A stretch of 63,829 nucleotides of DNA, filler included, from Reclinomonas americana ATCC 50394 (taxonomy: Eukaryota): assembly GCA_048213135.1 (NCBI GenBank). It is 17 parts of 17 records of this genome, joined end to end, with 100 filler letters (N's around TTAATTAATTAA, not from the genome) between each part and the next. Parts side by side here need not be neighbours in the genome. Positions count along the whole stretch, not along the records: positions 52,354 to 55,250 come from AFZH01020689.1; positions 55,351 to 60,344 come from AFZH01020692.1; positions 60,445 to 61,959 come from AFZH01020697.1; positions 62,060 to 63,829 come from AFZH01020699.1; 13 more parts are not named here. One strand, given 5' to 3'. The stretch's first letter is position 1; every line of letters starts with the position of its first letter. Positions 52,594-63,829 of this stretch are shown piece by piece. The notes below the pieces were generated by a model that ran no database searches, was not told where the DNA came from, and saw nothing but the letters and a program-made list of their open reading frames with translations. The translations under genes were made by a program, and so were the position numbers.

Positions 52594-54814
52594 TTAGACC
52601 TTGTTGTAGGTGGCGCGGCCGCAGCAGAAGGTGAACTTCAGGCCGTCCATCAGCAGACCCGGCAGCTGCTTCCAGAAATCGGTGTTCGGGACCAACTCGC
52701 AGCCTGGGCAAAGGGAGAAAAATGAGGGAAAGTGGGAGGGCAAGGAGGACAGAGAGGGAAAGGGAGACGGGGAGAGAAAGGAGGAAATTGAGGACACGGG
52801 CAGGGAAGTGAGCTGAATTGAAGAGGAAGGCGTGGACAAGCGCAATGAGGGCGAAACGAAGACATGAGACGGAATGCAAGGGGAGAATAGTGGCGAACAA
52901 TGAAGAGGCGATGAAGAGCACAGTAACAGAGAGGAGAAATGTAAGAGAGCAGCGGAAAGGGTGAGGATGCATGAAAACCAAGCACGAGAAGAAATAAAAA
53001 AAGATGAGAAGAAGAAAGAAGAGGAGAGCAATGAAGAGAAAAGTGAGGATGCACGAAAACTAGGCGACAAAAATGAGAGGAGGAGCGTCAGGAAAGGACA
53101 CAAAAAAGAGAGAGGCGAGGAATGGAGAGAAGCGACATGCGGATAGATGCACAATGTGCGCGACCAAAGCATAGTAGAAACGGACGAGAACGAGTTGATA
53201 GGAGACAAGGATGGGGCGAGCAAAGATACTCGAATAACACGCACGTGGAAGAAAGAATAACGGAGAGCGAGAAGTAAATGCTCAAGAACAGGAATGCAAC
53301 AGATTTTCTTCACCCTTTCCCCTTCCTCCTTCCCCATCCCGGTGACTCACCCGACGCCTTGTAGAACTTCCACTTGACGAGCATGCCGACGCCAACGTAC
53401 ACGGCCGCACCGCAGAAGAAGCTGCTCTCCAAACAACAATCAGTCACCTTCCATCCCTTCCCTTCACTTCCCCGATCATCCATCGACGCAACATGATGAG
53501 GAAGATGGAGCCGCCAGAGAGACCGCCACCGTTGTTCGGGTTGGGTCCCGGTCCCGGGCCTGGGCCGCCACCGCACACAACGTTCGAGTAGAACTGTGTG
53601 ACATCGCAAAGAAGTCAACACCAACTGCCTTTCCAAGCCAAGAAGAAATGCAGAGAGCGCAACGTTGAAGCCGTAGTAGCGGTTGGGAGCAGGCTAATCG
53701 CAGAAGCAAACACACGCACACACATGAGATCCCGAGTGCCGCTCAATCGTGCATGCGGAAAAACCCTGCACACGCGGTCACGCAACGTACTCCTTGTCGA
53801 ACTCCAGCGTGCCCTCGGGCTTGTTGGCGTCCTTGGCGCACGAGATCTTCACCTGCGTCTTACGCGGAGTGCCGTCACTGTACGGCGTGCCCATGTCGTA
53901 AATGAACTGCATTCACAGTCAGAATCCCGCGGGTGTTCGGTCGCAGTTTTCAGCACAAAAAGTCACCGTCGCGCTCTTCTCGTCAGTGGCACCGGCAATC
54001 ATCGGCAGCTGTCCGAGCACCTTGCACGTGTTGCTGCTCGACACCCACTGCACAGCGGGCGCAGAGGCAGTCGTGCCGCACTTGCTGCTCCATCACACAA
54101 ACACACATGAGCGGAAGAACCTTTGCGTGCGTGAGTTGCACAAAGGAGACGCAACGAGACCGAGTTGGCGTTGGCGCAAAAGTTCAAGAAGAACTCCCAC
54201 TGGCCCTTGGAGTCGAACGGATCCTGAATCACGTCCGTCACACCACTGAAAAGAGGACGTGTGTGAGACAACAGAAGGAGATGCCCATGTCACGGCCAAA
54301 CCGACGCGCACAAACAACACCACAATGCACAGAGAAGTGAGTGGAGACAAAGGGGAAGGAGTGTGCACATAGACACACAGCAGAGGAAGCAAGTGAGAGA
54401 GTGTATTCGCACATCTCCAGTCATGGCGCCACACACAAACACAGACACAAACACGGCATGTCTACGCACGTCTCTCACGAGCAGACAAGAGCATACGAGG
54501 AAGGACACAGAGAGAGAGAGCACAGGCGCGCGCACACACGCGGGAAAAAAGCGTGAGACATGTGCGGGGCATTTTTGTTCCGCGACACAAAAAAACACGC
54601 GTGCGCGTGCACACTCTCTCGTTGTGCGCTCTCAGTGCAGACTTTGTGCGTCTGTGCGCGTGTGCAAGTGCGTGTGTACGTGTTTCTGTGGTCAACGCAA
54701 CTCCGTTGTCTTGAGTGAGGAAAGATCAAAGTTTCCGACCTTGCAGCTCTGTGCGTTGGCGCCGACGGCGACCAGCACGAGCAGTGCAAGCACCGCCACG
54801 ATGACGGCGCGCAT
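52594..54814 (-). CDS. Mannose-6-phosphate receptor / ATG27-like type I membrane sorting receptor (8 exons)
   Basis: Signal peptide, FDLSSL, FLNFC, MRH-type cysteines and the TM segment GLSGGSIFLIIFFCGAAVYVGVG. The tail reads ELVPNTDFWKQLPGLLMDG..F and ends in YNKV (YxxPhi). Confidence 0.85.
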
Positions 54815-55381
54815 GGTGTTAAACAAAAAAAAAATGCTGTGGGACAAGCGCGCGACCCCGGCATGAAAATTCGCGTTGTGCGGAAATCTCTTGTGCTTTT
54901 GTGATAATGAGCGCGAAAGTGGCAAAGGGATTGTCGGAGGCGCAAGTGGAGGCGCTTTCTGTGTATTTGACGCAGAGAGTGCGGGCGAGGAATGTTGAGT
55001 GAAAGAGGGGAAAGGGAAAGGAGAAGAGGGGGAGACAGAGGGGAGGAGGGAGGGGAGAAGTGAGGGGAGAAGGGAGGGCAGAAGGAAGGATAAGAAGGGA
55101 GGGGAGAAGGGCAAGAGAGAAGGACAAGAGAGAAGGGAGGCAAAGGAAGAGAAAAAGGACTGCATTTGCAATGCATGCATTTCAGCAATGTGTTCCACTG
55201 TATCTCTCTCTCTCCTCTCTCTCGTCTCTCTCTCTCCTCGTCAACTCGTCNNNNNNNNNNNNNNNNNNNNNNNNNNNNNNNNNNNNNNNNNNNNTTAATT
55301 AATTAANNNNNNNNNNNNNNNNNNNNNNNNNNNNNNNNNNNNNNNNNNNNCTCTCTCTCTCTCACTCCTCCTCCCTCCCTC

Positions 55382-55420
<39 letters not shown>

Positions 55421-55460
55421 CACACACTCTGATCTTTACGCAACTCGCTTTACACAACAG

Positions 55461-57601
55461 GATCTGTGTGTTCCGGACTTTGTGCTTTGCGCCAGCGAGT
55501 TGCACCACCTGTGTCGGTGAGTGAAAAAGAGCAGTGTGCTCCGTGCTGGCTTCCTGACCAGTGTGACGCGCAGTGAGCACGTGACGGAGGCTGAAGTCGA
55601 TTTGTGTGGCGATGGGAGAGTCACATCGCTGGCCACGCTCAAGGAGGCCTCGCGACGGAACCACATATCATATGGCAATGTCAAAGTTATGCGTTCTTGC
55701 TGTCCGCCGTGCAAGTCGCCAGTGATGTTGACATGATGAAACACCACATGTACAGGTCACATGCCCGCGGTGCCTCACACTCATGGTATGCAATGATAGA
55801 AACGTCACTGATCCATACACTACAATGAGCATCTGCCAATGATCGCCAACAAGTCTCGTGTGCTTTCTTTCTAAATGTTGTCACGGAGAGTTGATTTTGT
55901 TGTTCTGCTCTCTCTCGCTCTCTCTCTCTCTCTCACTCTCTCTCTCTCTCACTCACCTCACTGTTGGATAAACAGACGGTGGGCGACTATTACCGCACAC
56001 ATGGCCCGTCGCAGTGCCCGCGTGCATGTGAGAGGTGTGGAGAGCAGATGACTCCGGATCACATGGCGGAGCATGAGTGGAGTGGATGCTTGCGGGAGTG
56101 CCCGCTCGGATGTGGAGCGAGGATGGCGCTGAGTGAGTTGATGGAGCACAGCAGGAGTGGGTGCATGCGAGCGTGTCCGCGTGGGTGTCAGCAGCAGTGT
56201 TTACTGGCGGATATGCAGCGGCATCTTGGTGAGCGCTGGGGAGGAGAGAGATGTGTGACATGACATTGATGTGGTGACTCTTCTTCACTTGTTGTGGCAG
56301 AGACCGAGTGCCGACAGCAAAAGACAGCGTGCCGTGGTGGTGAACTGGAGTGTGGATGGCGCGGTGTTGTTGACGAGAAGGAGGAGCATGAGCGAGTGTG
56401 CGATGTGCTGCGAGTGGAGCGGCCACTGCGTGAGGTGAGCTGGAATGATGAGCGGTGGATGCTGCTGGTCTTTCATGCAGTTGTGTTTGTGGGCACAGCT
56501 GCATGGCCGAGTGCAAGAGCTCTCTCAGCTGGTGGTTCAGGAGAGAGAGGCGAGGCGAGTGACTGATGAGCGACTGGTCGATTGTATGGGGCTGCTTGTC
56601 GAGTGTCGCCAGCAACTTGCAGAAGAGCGACAGGCGAGGCAAGCAGAGATTCAGGCGACTCGTGAGCAACTCGCCACGTACTCTGAACAGCTTGGATCAG
56701 AGCAACAATTGCGTGAGGCAGTCGACAAAGGATTGGCTGAGGTCTGTTGTGATGGGTTTGATGTTTACGTCTCTCCTCCCAACTCATTCTTGATCATCTG
56801 CAGCTACTCACCCATTTCGCGATCGGAACACTGGAGTTTCATGTACGAGCAAACCAGAAGCAGGAACGAGAGGCAATTGAACGCGAGCGGCAGGCCAGAG
56901 AGCAGGAGGAGCGTGAGCGGGAGGAGCGAAAGCTGCAGACCAGGGAACGCAAAGACCGCGAAATGACGGAGGAGAAGGTCATTGACAGCGACCTGCTGAG
57001 TGCAGCCGATGGACGAGTGGTGCTGGAGTGGGTGCAGCAAGCGCGAGGAGGCGATGGTGGGAGTGTGCCCAAGTTGACGTTGCTGTTCAAGGGCAGTCGA
57101 GATGGATTTGCAGGATGCGCATTTCATGGTCTATGTGACAAGCGCGGGTGAGTGATTCAGAAATGAGGGAGAAGGTGCTTGTAGTGCGCGATGACTGATG
57201 AATGAGTGGCTGTGCATAGCGCGACGCTGACAGTGATCAAATCGTCGACGGGACGAGTGTGCGGTGGATACACGCCTGTGCCGTGGCAGTCTCGTGGGAT
57301 ATGGGGCGCCGATCCTTCTGGCACCAGTTTTCTATTCTCGGCGTCGCGGAGTGGTGCGAGTGCGCGAAGATTTGCGCTGAAGGCCGATGGGAAAAGGCAT
57401 GCCGTCTACCACTACTATGATTATGGGCCCAACTTCGCCGGTGGGGACCTTGTATTGTGTGAGTATTGCAATACCAATAGCAACAGCTACAGCGACCCTC
57501 GTTTGTACCAGAGCACCGACGGTGGAGCATTTGACAAGAAGACGCTGATGGGAAAGAGGAACTTCCAAGTGGCAGACTTCGAAGTCTTTCTTGTTGAGTG
57601 A
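55461..57601 (+). CDS. TRAF-like zinc finger / coiled-coil / TLDc protein, copy 1 (5'-partial)
   Basis: Repeated CPxGC...EH...C fingers and GCGWRG...EHERVC. The TLDc domain reads LLFKGSRDGF...FHGLCDKRGATLTVIKS.GRVCGGYT..W...D.SFLFS...GPNF.GGDL...FQVADFEVF. Confidence 0.85.
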
Positions 57602-57755
57602 GTGAGCTGTACTGGAGAGTGATCTTTCTGTATGAACATCACAATCTTTATGCACCAGCGCCCCATCTTCCATTCTTTCTCGACGTTCAGTGGATTGAAA
57701 CCATCGCAGGACACGATCAATCACCATTCATCACAGGGCGGAGAGCAAGGGTGAT

Positions 57756-58204
57756 ATGGGGTTCGAGGACGTGCGCGAGGGCGTGGGCGTAGGCAGTGGG
57801 TCTGTCTCTGCTGTTCCTCCTCTTCCTGCTGAGGATGCCAGTCAGATTGTTCTCGAGCAGCAAGTGATGCGAGTGAGGAATGCACTCACTGATGAACAAC
57901 ACGTGTTTCGTGTGGTGCGCGCTGTGCATCGTCGTCCTCCATCGAAAGTGGGAGAGGAGGACGATGTGAAGCCACCGCGTGTGTGGATGGAGCAAGTGGC
58001 GCCAGAGTCGCGCGAGAAGGCGGACGATTATCTGTGTCCAGTTTGTTTGGTGAGTAGAGAAGAAGGGCAAGAAACAGAGCACATTCCATGCTCCTCTCTC
58101 TCTCTCTCTCATGTGTGTGCATTGATGACACTGAGAGAGACAGCGCCGTGAGATGATGATGACTTGCACAACAACAACAGCAACAATATACGACGTCATG
58201 CTCC

Positions 58205-58236
<32 letters not shown>

Positions 58237-60262
58237 CCTGCTATTGAGAGACACTGATCTCTGCATCGCGCAGGATCTGTGTGCTCCGGATTTCGTGTTG
58301 TGTGCCAGCGAGTTGCACTTCGTCTGTCGGTGAGCACGTAAGTGTGCGAAAGGACGTCGTCTGTCTTATGCGCACTATAACGGGTGGCAATTGCTGGCAG
58401 TGAGCATGTGACAGAAGCGGAATCGGATCTGTGTGGTGATGGAGTCACATCACTGGCCACTTTGAAGGAGGCTCAGCGCCTGAACGTTATCAAATACGGC
58501 AACATTAAGGTTGGAAGATGATTGCGTGTGCATGGAGATGGCTGTCTGATTGCTGAAGTCGACTTGGACCGCAGATAACATGCCCACTGTGCCACGCTCC
58601 CATGGTTAGTGTCTGTCATGGAGAGTTGTTCGTCCGTGTTTCTCTCTCCTCATCGTGGATGAACAGACGGTGGGCGACTATTACCGCACCCATGGCCCGT
58701 CGCAGTGCCCGTATGCATGTGAGAGATGTAGACAACATACTACTCTCGATCGCACGGCGGAGCATGAGTGGAGTGGATGCTTGCGCGAGTGCCCGCTCGG
58801 GTGTGGAGTGCGACTGGCACTGAGTGAGATGGTGGAGCACAGCTGGAGTGGGTGCATGCGAGCGTGTCCTCGTGGGTGTCAGCAGCAGTGTTCACTGGCG
58901 GATATGCAGCAGCATCTTGGTGAGCTTGCTTGCTTGATTGAGAGAGAGAGAGAGAGAGAGAGAGGTGTGAATGCTTGCGTAATGACACTGATCTGGTGTT
59001 TCTTTATTCTCTTATGGCAGAAACGGAGTGCCGACTGCAGTACACAGCGTGTCGTGGTGGTGAACTGGGGTGTGAATGGCGTGGTATTGATGGAGATCGA
59101 GCGGAGCATGAGCGAGCTTGTGATGTGTTGCGAGTGGAGCGACCGCTTCGTGAGGTGAGTTGTAAATGATTGTGCGTGGTTAATGCAGGTGGCTATTCGT
59201 GCGGCTGACGTGGATCCTGTTCGTGTCGCAGCTGCATGGCCGAGTGCGAGAACTGTCGCAGATGGCGGCTGAGAGCAGGGAGCAATTAGCGCAGGAGAGA
59301 GAGGCAAGACAGATCACTGATGAGCGGCTGATCGACTGTGTAGGAATGCTTGTTGAGTGCCGCCAGCAGCTTTCCTCAGAGCGTCGCTTGCGTGAAACTC
59401 TCGAGAGAAATGTTGCTGAGGTCTGCATTGCGGAGTATGCAAGTGCGTTGCCCCTCTCCTGCTCATTCTGTTGCCCGCATTCTGCAGTTGCTTGATCGTC
59501 TCAAACCACTGGAGATGCGTGAGCGAGCGAAGCAGGAACGCGAGGCGGCTGAACGCGAGCGGCTTGCCAGGGAGCGGGACGAGCGCGAGCGGCTGGCCAG
59601 GGAGCGAGAAGAGCGAGAGCAGGAGGAGCGTGAGCGGTGCACGAGGAGTAGCGATTTACTGAGTGTGGCAGATTTACGAGTTATTCTCCAGTGGGCTCAA
59701 CTGGCGCGAGGTGGCGGCATTATGCCCACTCTAAGGTTGCTATTCAAAGGCAGCCTAGATGGCTTCGAGGCAGCCACATTCCATCAGCGATGTGATAATC
59801 GAGGGTGCGTAACACATGAAACTGGAGAGAGCCTGGTGTGCTCGGTGACTGGGCTGAGTAATTGTGCACAGGCCAACTCTGATCGTTGTCATGTCGTCGA
59901 CGGGACGAGTGTGCGGCGGATACACGCCTGTTTCGTGGCAGTCTCCTGCATCAGCTGCATATGTCGTCGATCCGTATGGCGCAAGCTTCTTGTTCTCGGC
60001 TTCGTGGAGCGGTGCGCGCATGCGTCGCTTTGTACTGAAGGACGACCAGAGAGCCACTGCCGCTCAACATCACTCTGGAGCTGGTCCAATCTTCGGCCTA
60101 GGGTACGACCTTTTCTTGAGCGACAACTGCAACGTCAACAACAGCAGCTGCTGTGCTCCGCAATCGTATCGGAGAACCAAGAGTGGATCATATGACGAGA
60201 CGACACTGATGGGAACGAGAGACTTCCAAGTGGCAGACTACGAAGTCTTTCTTGTTGAGTGA
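57756..60262 (+). CDS. RING-like / TRAF zinc finger / coiled-coil / TLDc protein, copy 2
   Basis: DDYLCPVCLDLC...C...H..C..H RING-like start, the same exon structure as copy 1, and a TLDc domain ending FQVADYEVFLVE. Confidence 0.85.
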
Positions 60263-60559
60263 ATGAGCACTGCTGGATGGAGTAGGTAGTTGTGCAGTGC
60301 AAGACTACCTTCAATAACAAACAAATAATGCTGCTCCCCCCCCCNNNNNNNNNNNNNNNNNNNNNNNNNNNNNNNNNNNNNNNNNNNNTTAATTAATTAA
60401 NNNNNNNNNNNNNNNNNNNNNNNNNNNNNNNNNNNNNNNNNNNNCGTCGGTCGGACGTAGGTGGTGTGGGGACGAGAGAGAGAGAGAGAGAGAGGAAAAC
60501 AAAGAAGGATTGAGAAAGGTGCAGAAGAGCAGAGAGAGAATACAATCGTGGCTGCCAAC

Positions 60560-60679
60560 GAAGCACTGCAATCAAACACGCTACAAGCAGGGGGGATGCA
60601 GAACTGGTTAGAGAGGAAGACATCTGTGGCATCATACAACACAAGAAGAGGCGCAATCTATGATCATGTGAGCGAGTGA

Positions 60680-60712
<33 letters not shown>

Positions 60713-62059
60713 TGCAACTAGCCTGCAAAAAACACAAGGAAGCTGAGCAGAGACACAGTCCGAGGGTCACACAATGCAAAACAGAAAGAAAGAAAGAAAG
60801 AGCGAGAGAGAGATGCAAAAAATACACAGACAAGACCAGCAAAGGGCAAGAGTGCTCGAGTCTTGTGTGCATAGTTGTGCACAGGTGCGCATGCGAATGA
60901 GAACGATCTGCCCTGTCTGACAAACAAACCAGCTGCGGCATCGGGGCACATGGCCTCATCCTCCATGCTCTCCGTGTGGAGCGAGAAGATGCGAGTCATG
61001 GTCTTGACCACGGAGCCGGTGGCTTGCGAGGCCACGGAGGCGGGCAGGACGAGACCCACTTGGCTGCCGTTGGAGTAAAATGCGCCATTCTCCAGTGCCG
61101 TGGATGGGAGCTTCATGGGAGCGGGTTGAGGAGCTGCAACAGGGGGAAGGGGGATGAGGGGGGAAAGAAGAATTATGCACAGAACGAAAGAGCAAATCGG
61201 GTGATATGATTATCTAACTCTCTCTCTCTCACTCCTTCCCTCTCTCTCCCTCTCACTCTCACCATCGCGAACAGCTGGAGTGGAGAACGGGAAATCATCG
61301 ACATCCACCCACGCGGCCGCGGCTCCCTTGATGGTTCCGCAAGGCGCACCCTCCACGGCGTTCGAGACGCTGCAGCCCCACCTGTAGATGTTGCACGCGC
61401 ACCACTCGTGAGCACAGAAACACGCATGAAACGAGCAAGTATCCGTGCACAAACCCATCAGTCATCGGCCAGTAGCCCAGCAGGCCCTCCTCGTTGCCAC
61501 GCGGCGGTCGCTTCATGCCGCTGGCGATCTGACCCTCGCTGCGCGCGTGATTCCAAATGCGCACATCCACAATCTGTCCGTAGAACCAGCCGTAGGTCTC
61601 GCTGGATTGCACGCCGAGGAGAATGGGGGCGGATTTCGGGAAGCGCGCCGTGCCGGGGGTGTCGACGGTGAAGATGGTCTGTCCGTTGCGCATCATTTGC
61701 TGGCGATTGCCGTCGTAGGTGTAGGCCAAGTGCGTCCAGCGGCCGGTGGAGTCGCCGACAGGGGCGCGCTGTGACAGGGAGAAGAAGGGAAGAAATGGGA
61801 GGGTAGGGTCGTGAGAGAGGGGAGGGAGACGAGAGGGGAGAGCGAGAGGGAGAGACGAGAGGGGAGAGCGAGAGGGGGAGCGAGAGGGGAGAGCGGCAGG
61901 GAGAGCGAGGGGGAGAGAGACGAGAGGGAGAGAGACGAGAGGGAGACGAGAGGGGAGACNNNNNNNNNNNNNNNNNNNNNNNNNNNNNNNNNNNNNNNNN
62001 NNNTTAATTAATTAANNNNNNNNNNNNNNNNNNNNNNNNNNNNNNNNNNNNNNNNNNNN

Positions 62060-62097
<38 letters not shown>

Positions 62098-62988
62098 GAG
62101 GGAGAGAGAAAGAGAGTGAAAGAGAAAGCGTGTGAGAGAGTAAGACAAGAGCTGCGCAGCAACCGGATGTCTGGAGGAAGCACCTATTTCTTTTCCGCTG
62201 TTTCTACTCTTCTCATCACATTCCTTTTATGCATTCTCCCATTTGTCGAGTGTGCAAATACAAAGAGAGAAGGACAGCACAATGCAGACGAGCAGAAGAG
62301 CAAAGAGGGGACTGCATGATTGGAAGAAGGACAGTGACGAGACGAGCATGCGAATCGAGAGAACCGACGGGTGGACACCTTGCAGTGGGTGCAGAGTGAT
62401 GCAAGGAAGCAAGAATCTCACCAGGAACAGGCGCAGCCTTGCCATGCGCGACGAACAAGAGGCGACCATCAGTGAAGACGGCAGTCTTGAACTGGCCAAC
62501 AGCGGCATCTGTGACGGCATGGCGACGTGTTAGCGATGGAACACAGAGTCGTCACATCACCACTGCGCACCACTCTTTTCGATTTCTGCAGCACGCAGGC
62601 TCGTCTCACGCAGGTCGTGCGAGGTAAGAGAACCAGAGCCGTCTGCAACAATGTCGCCGAGCACCTGCGGGGAGGGGAGGTAAGAAAACGAGGGGAAAGA
62701 AGGTGAGTGGGGAGAAGGGGGAGCAGAGACAAGTGGGAATGCCAGCGCGAAAGAGAAACCAATTAGCGAAAGATAGAGAAAGACTGAAAGAATAGAGAAT
62801 GAGACAGAGTGAGAGTGTCTGCAAGAGATGCACAGAGAGGAGGAAGTGAGAGGAAACGAGAAGCCGAGTGGGACAAGAGAGCGATGAGCAAAATCGACAA
62901 TACACAAACCGTTCTCATACAGCATGTACACACAGAGAGCGACGAAGATTGGCAGGTGAGAAAACATGAGTGAAATGTGATATCAAAA

Positions 62989-63023
<35 letters not shown>

Positions 63024-63829
63024 CTAAATGAAAGAGAGACAGACAGAATGCAAGAGGATGCAGAGACACATTTTACAGATATCATGCCAACGACAAACGC
63101 ACCTCCAGCGTCTCAGCGTCCACCACTCGCAACACAGCGGGTGCCACCGCCGGCGAGCGGAAATACAACCGACCATGCACGAATGCCATCGTGCCGCGAT
63201 GACCGAGTGCGAATTCGGGCTTGTGAGCGAGGACGGCGCCTGAGACAGAAGCAAATAAGACATGCTGCTAAGCCCATCTTCTCCATCACGCGCACACACT
63301 CACCCGGCGTGGTTCCCTTGCTTCCGGTGCCGACTTTAACCAGACCCGACACGGACGAGTGCACAAACAGGTGCTTGCCATCCGTGGCCAACGCCACCTC
63401 GCCCATGGCGGTGCTCACGGGCCAGCCAAATGAGCCGCTCTTGAGCGTGTCACGCAGTGGCGAGAGCGCGAGGCTCGGTTGAATGGCAGCCAGCTTGCCC
63501 AGCAGGCCACCCAGACGCAGCTGGAGTGCGGAGTCGGCGGGCGACGACGCGGCGAGCGGGTACTCGAGGTCTTGCAGCAGTTGCAGAGAGGCGACCAGCG
63601 AGCCGCGAGCAATGCCCAGTGCCAGAGTGAGCTCGATGCCGAGGGCGCGTGTCCTGTAGAGCGGTATGAGTGACAGCAGCAAGAGGGAAAAGAGATGTGA
63701 GCAGAAAACTCAACTTGACATCGCCCTGCACAATCAGCGAGCGACAAAAGGCGGCCGCCGTGTCAAAGCCCTTGACGTACAACTCAGAGGTCAGGCGATC
63801 CTCGCCGAGTGCGAACGGCTCCATTTGCT
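60560..63829 (-). CDS. Fragment of a giant HECTD4/MYCBP2-like protein containing a LamG/concanavalin-like domain
   Basis: ATDGKHLFVHSSVSGLVKVGTGSKGTTPG..AFVHGRLYFRS...VVDAETLE resembles the N-terminal region of giant E3 ligases. WTHLAYTYDG...FYGQIVDVRIWNHARS..I...EEGLLGYW is a LamG_3 signature. Confidence 0.55.

Noticed and set aside
62160..62385. Further possible microexons in the giant E3-like gene
   Set aside because: Short AG/GT-flanked segments exist, but the adjacent gap prevents a frame check.

Overview
This is an intron-rich eukaryotic nuclear scaffold, probably from a heterotrophic protist. It consists of 17 ordered contigs joined by 16 artificial 100-nt N/TTAATTAATTAA/N spacers, and the gaps fall mostly in GA/CT/CA low-complexity introns. 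I spliced the genes by hand. They include RAB3GAP2, eIF2A, ALAS, DUS1, a large protein with a degenerate acyl-CoA-synthetase-like domain, a bacterial-type 2-methylcitrate synthase (prpC) divergent from a bacterial-type peroxiredoxin-like gene, and two tandem coiled-coil-RLK/Pelle-kinase-RING genes (one has an N-terminal TPR array). Also present are an RtcA-like pseudo-cyclase, an intronless importin-alpha-like ORF in a repeat-flanked segment, TRAPPC13 head-to-head with TAF6, an unknown mitochondrial-type protein, an M6PR/ATG27-like receptor, two tandem TRAF-zinc-finger-TLDc genes and part of a giant E3-like gene. Four signals stand out. (1) An atypical 5' splice-site class, GTTGCG, occurs at about 22 frame-consistent introns and almost always follows a non-G exon end. 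(2) Two consecutive 4-nt microexons are needed to build the kinase catalytic loop in both paralogues. (3) The tandem kinase-RING and TRAF-TLDc genes have immune-like domain architectures. (4) The intronless importin-alpha-like gene sits among repeated motifs. All homology calls come from recalled motifs, not database searches, and the exon structures lack RNA confirmation.
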